Source: Candidatus Cloacimonas sp. SDB (lineage in GTDB: Bacteria > Cloacimonadota > Cloacimonadia > Cloacimonadales > TCS61). From it: a stretch of DNA of 39,566 nucleotides. The stretch spans positions 1 to 39,566 of the forward strand of contig LKUH01000174.1 in assembly GCA_001412425.1 (NCBI GenBank). Direction: 5' to 3'. Positions 17,022 to 24,733 of the stretch are shown here, one piece after another (within the stretch, counting starts at the first letter, position 1; each line of letters opens with the position of its first letter). The notes under the pieces were generated by a model, which saw only the letters and a program-made list of their open reading frames with translations, searched no databases and was not told where the DNA came from. Both the position numbers and the translations under genes were made by a program.

Positions 17022-18113
17022 ATGATAAAAAGATCTCTGTTTTTATGTTTATTTGTGATATTTTTTACAAATCAGATTCAGGCTCAAAGTGTAGCAAGGT
17101 GGCACACATCATTGGGTAATTTTGAAGTGATGCTTCGAGAAGATCTTGTCCCTATAACTGCCCAGAATTTTATCGACCTGACCAATTCCAATTTCTACGG
17201 CGGACTTTTATTTCACCGGGTTATTGACGATTTTATGATTCAAGACGGTGATCCTCTGGGAACCGGTTACGGTGGACCTGGTTATACCATTCCGGACGAA
17301 TTTCATGATGATCTGCTCTATGATTCCGCAGGTGTGATTGGAATGGCTAATGCCGGACCAAACACTGGCGGTTCTCAGTATTTCATCACTCTGGTAGCAA
17401 CACCCTGGCTTAATTACAATTATTCCGCTTTCGGTAATGTGACAGCAGGGATAGATATCGTGCAGGACATAGGAGATGTTGAGACAACGGGAGCTAATGG
17501 AAGTCCACCCAATTACCCCCTGGAGCCGGTTTACATAGACAGTATACGCATTGTCACTCCGCAGTTGAACGATTTCACACCGCAGGAAGATACTATTGCT
17601 GCCGAAATCGGCGACGCTGTTATTTTTGCCGTTTTCTCCAATGATCCCGACCTGGATTATTCCTGGTATGTAAACAATGTTCTGCAGACCGAATCCACGT
17701 TTTTCTTCACTTATTTCTGTACAGAAGCAGGAGAATTTATCATTTATTCTTCAGTTTCCAACGGTGAATATGAATATCCCACCTACTGGTTGGTGCAGGT
17801 CAACGGGTCCGGTAGTGATGATAACATTGTGAAACCCAGACATAAATTGTTTCAGAATGAACCAAACCCCTTTAATCCCAACACCATGATAAGGTATGAA
17901 CTGGTTTCTGAAACCGAGATTGACCTTTCTGTTTTTAATATTAAAGGGCAGATTGTTAAAACCCTGGTTAAGACTGATCAGAAACCAGGGATATATACCT
18001 TAAACTGGGATGGAACTGATCAAGACAATCTGCCTTTACCTTCCGGTTTGTATTTCTACAGATTAAAGACACAGAAGGATTCCCAGATAAAAAAGACCCT
18101 GTTACTGAAATAG
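17022..18113 (+). CDS. Secreted cyclophilin-type peptidyl-prolyl isomerase with Ig/PKD-like linker and T9SS C-terminal domain
   Basis: An AGGAGG RBS and a signal peptide are present. The cyclophilin motifs are FHRVIDDFMIQDGDP, GVIGMANAGPNTGGSQYFIT and FGNVTAG. The C-terminus is NEPNPFNPNTMIRY...VFNIKGQIV...SGLYFYRLK. Confidence 0.9.
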   Translation: MIKRSLFLCLFVIFFTNQIQAQSVARWHTSLGNFEVMLREDLVPITAQNFIDLTNSNFYGGLLFHRVIDDFMIQDGDPLGTGYGGPGYTIPDEFHDDLLYDSAGVIGMANAGPNTGGSQYFITLVATPWLNYNYSAFGNVTAGIDIVQDIGDVETTGANGSPPNYPLEPVYIDSIRIVTPQLNDFTPQEDTIAAEIGDAVIFAVFSNDPDLDYSWYVNNVLQTESTFFFTYFCTEAGEFIIYSSVSNGEYEYPTYWLVQVNGSGSDDNIVKPRHKLFQNEPNPFNPNTMIRYELVSETEIDLSVFNIKGQIVKTLVKTDQKPGIYTLNWDGTDQDNLPLPSGLYFYRLKTQKDSQIKKTLLLK

Positions 18114-18267
18114 CATAAACTTAAGCTAAGTTGATATAAAAAGAGAAGATTTTGGGTTAGCTTGTCATTGTTTCTGCTAATTTCTTGACAGAGATGAATT
18201 GATTTCCTTTTATAATTTACTAATACAATATAAGTAAATTTATCTGGTGCAATCAAAGGAGTGATCG

Positions 18268-19311
18268 ATGAAAAAATTATTACTTCTCTGTTTATTTATT
18301 TTTGGAATGTTTTTACCAAACTATGCTCAAACTTATCATAATACCAACATAACCTCAGATGCAATCTGGTATCCAATCGGTAATCCTCATATTGTTGATG
18401 GGAATTTTTCCGTTTCTACCGGTGTCACACTCACTATATCAGCAGGCTGTATTGTAAAGTTCAATTCCAGCAGATACATTACCATAAGCGGCACATTAAA
18501 TGCTGTTGGAACGGTAAATGATTCAATTCTGTTCACTTTGAATGACGGGCAGTCCGGCACCTGGAATTATCTGAATTATTCCACCGGTTCTTCCGGCACC
18601 ATATCCTACTCTAAATTTGAACAGGGTAATTATACAATTTACCTCAATGGTTCGAATCTGGTTACCATCAATAACTGTTTATTTGAGAATAATTCTTACG
18701 GCTTACGGATTTATAATAGTGCTATTGTAGAATTATATAACAGTATTTTGGAAAATAATAATTATGGAATCTATGTCAATGTCAGTTCTCCGCTCTTACA
18801 TGGCAATTTGATAACCGGTAACGGAGATTATGGTCTAAAGCTCAACGGCAGTTGCATTCCCGATCTGGGAACCATTGCAACTGAGGGCAACAGCATTTAT
18901 AATAATGGTACTTACGATATTTATAATGGAACTGAAGATATCTCTGCTCTGTACAATTACTGGGGACCGATCGGACATTTTATGATTCCAGGCAGGATCT
19001 ATGATGTAGATGATGATGATGGACTGGGTGAAGTATTTTATGTACCCTGGGGAAATGCTTCTCACACACTGGCATTAACTCAGGGCGATCCACCCACAGA
19101 TCTTCTGATCTCCCAGGAAGAGGGAATTATTCAACTGAACTGGACTGCTGCTCCCGATGCCACATTTTATGAAGTTTACACCTGCTCGCATCCAGACACC
19201 ATGCTTACCAGCTGGACTCAGGCGGCTACGGAAGTTTACGATACGAATTGGTCAAAAACAGGTGATCCTCTGAAGGAATTCTATTTTATTCTTTCCATTA
19301 TCGGTGAATAA
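18268..19311 (+). CDS. Secreted right-handed parallel beta-helix repeat protein with FN3-like C-terminal module
   Basis: An AAGGAG RBS and a signal peptide are present. The sequence contains PbH1-like repeats (NNSYGLRIYNSAIVELYNSILENNNYGIYVNVSSPLLHGNLITGNGDYGLKLNGS). The last 74 aa (19087-19308) are PPTDLLIS...IQLNWTAAPDATFYEVYT...KEFYFILS. Confidence 0.7.
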   Translation: MKKLLLLCLFIFGMFLPNYAQTYHNTNITSDAIWYPIGNPHIVDGNFSVSTGVTLTISAGCIVKFNSSRYITISGTLNAVGTVNDSILFTLNDGQSGTWNYLNYSTGSSGTISYSKFEQGNYTIYLNGSNLVTINNCLFENNSYGLRIYNSAIVELYNSILENNNYGIYVNVSSPLLHGNLITGNGDYGLKLNGSCIPDLGTIATEGNSIYNNGTYDIYNGTEDISALYNYWGPIGHFMIPGRIYDVDDDDGLGEVFYVPWGNASHTLALTQGDPPTDLLISQEEGIIQLNWTAAPDATFYEVYTCSHPDTMLTSWTQAATEVYDTNWSKTGDPLKEFYFILSIIGE

Positions 19312-19317
19312 AAAATT

Positions 19318-20097
19318 TTACAAAGCAGCTAAATGATCTTCTATTATTGGGAAGCTTGAGCGCAGAGCTTCTTTTATTACGTTAAATTTATCAGTAGATA
19401 ATTCACCTGTCCATTCATCCATGAAGATTTTCTTAAACTCAATGGATAAGCAGCAAATTGAACCAGGGAAGGTGTAATGCAGCCAGCGGGAAAACCAGCC
19501 ACCCTCGAATTTCACATTCTTTCTTACATCCAGAGATCTGCCATCTATTTCATATTGCTGAAAGTGCTTCTGAAGTTTATCTATTAAGCCGTCCCAGGTC
19601 TTAGGCATATTGCCGGTTGCCAGAACAATATCGGGATTATTCTGCTGATCATCAGGAGCAGTTTCAGGTCCGTTACGGCGATGGTTATAACTGTGAATAT
19701 CATAAACAAACAGTTTCTGATAGCTGTTTTTCAATTGAGATAAGTGTTTGTACAGTTCCAGATAAAAATCGTCGTACTTCTGATAGGAAGTTTCAAGATG
19801 CTGTAAATTTGGTTCATTAATCCGGACTTTTAGGCCCCAGGCATCTTCCGGTGCCAGGTAAAAGGAACTTTCCCGCTTGCGGTTCAGATCAAATTCAAAC
19901 CGACTGTAATTTGCTATTATATTATTGGAACAAAGCTCTGCCAGAATATCTGTAAAAGGATCTTCTTCTCTCAGTTTTATCTCAGCCGAGATAGCCATAT
20001 TGGCTGCACATTCGGGGCTTAGAAAACTTCCCGCATGAATTGCTGTGCAAATAACCGGTGTTTGTGCATCAATTGTAAATCGAGCTGTTTGTTCCAT
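19318..20097 (-). CDS. N-formylglutamate amidohydrolase (FGase, PF05013-like) family protein
   Basis: AIHAGSFLSPE near the N-terminus and VYDIHSYN in the middle resemble the HxG and DxHS metal-site motifs of FGase-family hydrolases. The gene starts 20 nt downstream of the M16 peptidase gene and has an AAGGAAA RBS. Confidence 0.55.
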   Translation of the reverse strand: MEQTARFTIDAQTPVICTAIHAGSFLSPECAANMAISAEIKLREEDPFTDILAELCSNNIIANYSRFEFDLNRKRESSFYLAPEDAWGLKVRINEPNLQHLETSYQKYDDFYLELYKHLSQLKNSYQKLFVYDIHSYNHRRNGPETAPDDQQNNPDIVLATGNMPKTWDGLIDKLQKHFQQYEIDGRSLDVRKNVKFEGGWFSRWLHYTFPGSICCLSIEFKKIFMDEWTGELSTDKFNVIKEALRSSFPIIEDHLAAL

Positions 20098-20117
20098 TAA
20101 ATTTCCTTAAAATTTTA

Positions 20118-22712
20118 CTAATCAACCATCAGATTAACGTTTCCGGAAGGCAGAGAAACCACAACTGCTTTCTGGCTGAAATATTTACTGGCAACCCTTT
20201 GAATATCTTCAGGTGTAATATCCTTATAGCGTTCATTATATCTGAAAATATAATCGTACCCCAGACCCTGTGCTTCGTAATGGGTCATGTATTCCGGTAA
20301 ATTATTGTCATCCATATAGGAAATTAGAATCTTCTGTCTCTCTTCCAGTGCCAGATCAATCTCGGATTGTGTCAAGTTTCCGGCGCATAATTCATCCAGA
20401 ACATTGTTCATAACAGCGATCAGCTCATCTTTTTTATCTATGGAAGTCTGACTGGTAAGTCTGAAATAGCCTGATTCTTGATTATAACCATAGCGAGGAA
20501 AAGCAAAATAGGCCAGATCGTTGGTTCCCCGCACAGCTTTATGTAACCTGCCTCTGCTGCCGCTTAACAGGGATTCTATTACTATCAAGACATTGAAGTC
20601 CGCATCATTAAAGGCGGGTGCAACACAATTTACAGAAATATTGACCTGTTCCAGCTCATAAGTGTTAATAAAAATATCGTTGAGTTCGGGAATCTGATAA
20701 AATTCTGCTTCGACAGCAATATCTCCCCGGGGTAATTTACTGAAAAGATCCTGCGCTTCTGATTCTGCCTCTTCGTCGGAAATATCACCAAAAAATGTGA
20801 TTATTGCCCGATTGAATTTAAAGTAATCTTCATAGGTTGAGATAAGGTCTTCTCTGTTGGCTTTCATCATGATGTCCAGTTTTGCCTGACTGGATAATCC
20901 GTCTCTGGTATCTCCGTAAAGTACAGATTTTAAATAATCCTGATGAATATCATCCGCATCGCTGCGGCTTCTTTTAAAAGCGGCTTCTTCAGCTTCCTTA
21001 TAAAGCTCAATTTCGCTTTCCGGAAAAACAGGGTTATTCATCGCATCCAGGATGATCTCTTTCAGCTTATCATAATCATCCGTCAGACATTTAAACTCGA
21101 TCTCGGTGCCGTAGGAATTTGTTGTTACAGAAAAGCGGACAGCATGATCTTCCAGCCATTCGGTGATATCCAGTGGATCATAGTTCTGCGAACCCCTGAA
21201 CATCAGTTCAGTCATAAAGGAGATCATTCCGACATTTTCTTTGCTCTCGTAATTGCTGGAAAGGGGGAGATGTATAACACCTTTTATGATAGGCTTTTCG
21301 TTGTTAAATCTGTGGATCAGGGTTATTGAATCATTCAGTAAATGGCGCTGCGGGTCGGTTTTAACGATATCAACTGCTGTGGATTTTTCCAGTAACTCCC
21401 TGTCACCTTCAGGAACAGAATAGAAAACTGTACGGTTCTTAGGAAGCAGGTGTCTTTTAAGAACTGCCTGCAGATCCGCAACGGTAAGCTCTTCATATTT
21501 TTTCTGTAGAGCATCATAGGCATCCGGAACACCATAACGGATAAGATTCCAGCCGATGCGGTTGCATTCACTCTGGACTCCCGGAGTTGAAAGCAGCCTG
21601 GAAGCTTTGCGCCGAGTGACAATATCCTCAATATCCGCTGCTGTAAAACCTTCCCGGCTGTAATTTTCGATCTCAGAATCGATTATTTTAGCTATATCTC
21701 GAAGATCGGCTGGATCTTTTGCTTCAAATCCGATATTGATGGATCCCTCCGGTGCGGTTGCTGAAATAGATGCGTAACCGTAAACATAATTAACAAGCTT
21801 AAGTTCCTCTGAGAGTTTAAACCTGATTGGGGATCTCCGCTTGGCAAAAAGAATATTCAAAGCAGCATCCAGGGCTACATAATCGCCGTAATACGCTGCC
21901 GGCACTATATAAGTTAGAAAACCATTGGGCAGATCAACCGCAAACTCTTCGATCAATTCATAATCGCCATTTCTGATATTCTGGGTTGGCAGATAAACCG
22001 GCTGGATCTGCTTGCGGGAAAAATCCTTGAAAGTAGCCGTGATCTGATCCATCACCTCCTGAGAATCAAAATCTCCCACCGCAACAAATATCATGTTATT
22101 GGGAGTGTAATGCTGCTGGTAATATTCCTGCAGCTCTTCCCGGGTAATGGTTTTGAAAAGGTCTGTGTAGCCAATAACCGGATATCTGTAATTGGAATGA
22201 GGTGAACTTATCTCATTCACCCTCTGATAGACCTGAGAACGGGGCGGACTTGATCTCATCACGATCTCTTTAAGTATCACCTGCTGTTCCCGGGCAACTT
22301 CTTCAGCATTAAAAGCACAGAACTGAATCTGCTCGGAAAGTATCTCCAGAGCCTGATCTTTATATAACTTATCCACCACAATGTGATAGGCGGTTAACTC
22401 ATTCGTTGTATAAGCATTTACAATTGAACCTATCTCCGAACCCAAAGCTTCGTATTCCGCTTCCGTTCTTTTAGTTGTACTTCCTCCCGAAACTACATGC
22501 TCCAGATAATGGGAAATACCGGCTCCCAGAAACCTGCCCTCGTTAACCGAACCGGTCTTAACAAAACAGTAAAACCCTACGGAAGAATTATTACTGCTCT
22601 CTTTAACTGCTATTGTCATGCCGTTGGGAAGAGTTTGAGTTAAGACTTCATCGCTGCCAACCAGTAAACTGAACAGCGCAATTATGATTAAACTGAAAAA
22701 TATTTTCTTCAT
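20118..22712 (-). CDS. Secreted M16 (pitrilysin/insulinase) family zinc peptidase, double-length
   Basis: A signal peptide is present. The inverted zinc motif GISHYLEHVV (HxxEH) lies in the N-terminal quarter. The 864-aa length is consistent with four M16-like half-domains. Confidence 0.85.
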   Translation of the reverse strand: MKKIFFSLIIIALFSLLVGSDEVLTQTLPNGMTIAVKESSNNSSVGFYCFVKTGSVNEGRFLGAGISHYLEHVVSGGSTTKRTEAEYEALGSEIGSIVNAYTTNELTAYHIVVDKLYKDQALEILSEQIQFCAFNAEEVAREQQVILKEIVMRSSPPRSQVYQRVNEISSPHSNYRYPVIGYTDLFKTITREELQEYYQQHYTPNNMIFVAVGDFDSQEVMDQITATFKDFSRKQIQPVYLPTQNIRNGDYELIEEFAVDLPNGFLTYIVPAAYYGDYVALDAALNILFAKRRSPIRFKLSEELKLVNYVYGYASISATAPEGSINIGFEAKDPADLRDIAKIIDSEIENYSREGFTAADIEDIVTRRKASRLLSTPGVQSECNRIGWNLIRYGVPDAYDALQKKYEELTVADLQAVLKRHLLPKNRTVFYSVPEGDRELLEKSTAVDIVKTDPQRHLLNDSITLIHRFNNEKPIIKGVIHLPLSSNYESKENVGMISFMTELMFRGSQNYDPLDITEWLEDHAVRFSVTTNSYGTEIEFKCLTDDYDKLKEIILDAMNNPVFPESEIELYKEAEEAAFKRSRSDADDIHQDYLKSVLYGDTRDGLSSQAKLDIMMKANREDLISTYEDYFKFNRAIITFFGDISDEEAESEAQDLFSKLPRGDIAVEAEFYQIPELNDIFINTYELEQVNISVNCVAPAFNDADFNVLIVIESLLSGSRGRLHKAVRGTNDLAYFAFPRYGYNQESGYFRLTSQTSIDKKDELIAVMNNVLDELCAGNLTQSEIDLALEERQKILISYMDDNNLPEYMTHYEAQGLGYDYIFRYNERYKDITPEDIQRVASKYFSQKAVVVSLPSGNVNLMVD

Positions 22713-22849
22713 GCCGCCTCACACTTTTTTGTAGGAAACAGGCGCATTTTTCATTCCAGCTTCAGATCTGTGACAAATAATTAAATAATTTGACATATCC
22801 GGCACATGTTTTAAATGAAAAATGAATATTAAATAATCAGGAGGTTTTG

Positions 22850-24523
22850 ATGAAGAACATAATTCTTGTGTTTTTGATTTTTTCGATTTTTTGCTCTCTT
22901 CATTCTCAATTAATCATTACAGGAGTAATCGACGGACCTTTAACTGGTGGAATACCCAAAGCTGTCGAATTGTATGTAACTTCAGATATTGCAGACTTAT
23001 CGATCTATGGTATTGGTTGTGCTAATAATGGCGGCGGAACTGATGGCGAAGAGTTTACTTTTCCGGAGGTTACAGCAACAGAGGGAGACTTTATTTATCT
23101 AGCAACTGAATCAGATTCTTTTAATAGCTGGTTTGGATTTTTTCCAGACTATATTGATGGATCAGCAACAAATGTAAATGGTGATGACGCTATAGAGTTA
23201 TTTCAAAACAATATCGTGATTGATATATTTGGAGAAATTGATGTTGATGGTACAGGAGAACCATGGGAATATATGGATGGTTGGGCATATCGTGTCACGA
23301 ATACAGGTCCGGATGGAAGTACATTTGTACTTTCCAACTGGTATTTTTCTACACCTAATGCTCTTGATGGAGAGACGACAAATTCTTCAGCTGCAGTTCC
23401 ATTTCCTACAGGTAGTTATGGAAGTGAACCACCAAATCCTATTATAGTTTCAACCTATGCAGTAAGTAATTCAGCAATTAATGTTAAATATAATATGTCC
23501 ATCACGTCTGTGGTACATTCAGATTATTCCCTCTCCGGTACAGCAAACATAACCTTCAGTAATGCAACCATAGATGGCGCTGACCCCACCATCGTCCATT
23601 TAACCGGAGCTTCTGCCAATATGGTGGGAGATGCTGTTCTCGATAATATTGCCGATAGCGAGAATGCCAGTGATTACGATTTTTATGCCGGTATTATGCC
23701 TGTTGCCTATACAAACACGGTATATTCAGGCAGAACTACCATTCAAAACGGGTACAACGCCACTTTCCAGGCTCGGGTCTCTGCCAACGACGCCTATAAT
23801 AATGTCTGGATCCACGATGCAGCCGGAGCTTATAATGGAATTATGGTCTATGATTCAAATTTTGACGCCCTGGTCAGTGTGGGCGATGAGATATTGCTGG
23901 TAGCCCGGCGCACTGAATTTAATGACTTAACAGAACTGGAAGACCCGCTATTGCTGTCCGCAGCGGCAGGAACTCATTACAGTGCAGCTGTTATAGCCGG
24001 ATCCGAGATCGCTGCCACAACTGCCGCCAATACAAATCCGGCTGAGAAATGGGAAGGTCAGCTGGTGCAGATCGAAAATGCCCAGGTAGAAAGTTATGAC
24101 AGCGGTAATTATCTTTACACCTGCACGGATGACGGAGGTTCAACCTATTTTAAAATGGGTGATAATGTTGATTACCATTTTGGAAGTATTACCATTACCG
24201 TGGGAGAGAGTTATAATATTACCGGAGTTGTAGATTTTTACGCCGGTGAATACCGCATAAATCCCAGAACTCAGGCTGATCTGGAAGAATCGGGTTCCGG
24301 GCAGCTTCCTCCTCCTGAAAATGTGGTTATCCTGCGGGAGGGCGGAAATATTACCATCACCTGGGATGATGTGACCGGAGCATCCAGTTACAATATTTAC
24401 AGTGATTCTGATCCCTATGGCTCCTTTAGCACACTGGAAGATAATATTCCTGCTACCCTTACCGAATGGAGTGAAACCATTCCGGCTGATGAGAAAAAAT
24501 TCTATCTGATTAAAGCGGAATAG
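22850..24523 (+). CDS. Secreted lamin-tail-domain (LTD) + Ig-like + nuclease-type OB-like domain protein with FN3-like C-terminal module; no catalytic domain recognised
   Basis: ATG 22850 has a GGAGG 5 nt upstream (ORF-track TTG at 22847). The N-domain is LIITGVIDGPL...AVELYV...NGDDAIELF...IDIFGE...PWEYMDGWAYR, an LTD as found in extracellular nucleases. The later segments NVWIHDAAGAYNGIMVYD...VGDEILLVARRTEFNDLTEL and WEGQLVQIENAQV are OB-like. The last 72 aa span 24305-24520. Confidence 0.6.
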   Translation: MKNIILVFLIFSIFCSLHSQLIITGVIDGPLTGGIPKAVELYVTSDIADLSIYGIGCANNGGGTDGEEFTFPEVTATEGDFIYLATESDSFNSWFGFFPDYIDGSATNVNGDDAIELFQNNIVIDIFGEIDVDGTGEPWEYMDGWAYRVTNTGPDGSTFVLSNWYFSTPNALDGETTNSSAAVPFPTGSYGSEPPNPIIVSTYAVSNSAINVKYNMSITSVVHSDYSLSGTANITFSNATIDGADPTIVHLTGASANMVGDAVLDNIADSENASDYDFYAGIMPVAYTNTVYSGRTTIQNGYNATFQARVSANDAYNNVWIHDAAGAYNGIMVYDSNFDALVSVGDEILLVARRTEFNDLTELEDPLLLSAAAGTHYSAAVIAGSEIAATTAANTNPAEKWEGQLVQIENAQVESYDSGNYLYTCTDDGGSTYFKMGDNVDYHFGSITITVGESYNITGVVDFYAGEYRINPRTQADLEESGSGQLPPPENVVILREGGNITITWDDVTGASSYNIYSDSDPYGSFSTLEDNIPATLTEWSETIPADEKKFYLIKAE

Positions 24524-24695
24524 AAGAGTACAGGGAAAAAACAATCTGATACCAGGCTCAGGTTCAATCTTCAGATTAAGAGCCGGTCTCAACAGCTATA
24601 TGTTTAAGAGACTGTTATTTAGGATTGAAACTGCAGCAAAAGGTGCCGAAATCCAGCTTTTTTTCACCAGCCGTCATATTCTCTTGACTTCCCGA

Positions 24696-24723
24696 CCTCT
24701 CAAAAAAAGCATGCCTTGAGAGG
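24696..24723 (+). promoter_or_regulatory. Hairpin whose 3' arm contains the Shine-Dalgarno of the endonuclease I gene
   Basis: CCTCTCAA-aaaaagcatgcc-TTGAGAGG is a perfect 8-bp stem with a 12-nt loop. The GAGAGGA in the 3' arm is the only SD-like element before ATG 24734. Confidence 0.3.
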
Positions 24724-24733
24724 ATTATTGTAA

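Noticed and set aside
17100-17115. TGGCAC-ACATC-ATTG, a sigma-54-like -24 element.
   Set aside because: It lies inside the cyclophilin coding region. The -12 TTGC is shifted by one position and degenerate, and there is no downstream gene start for it to serve.
22786-22812. CGGCAC-ATGTT-TTAA upstream of the LTD protein gene, considered as a possible sigma-54 promoter.
   Set aside because: The -12 GC is absent (AA). The same bases fit better as the spacer of a sigma-70-like TTGACA-N16-TAAATG promoter.
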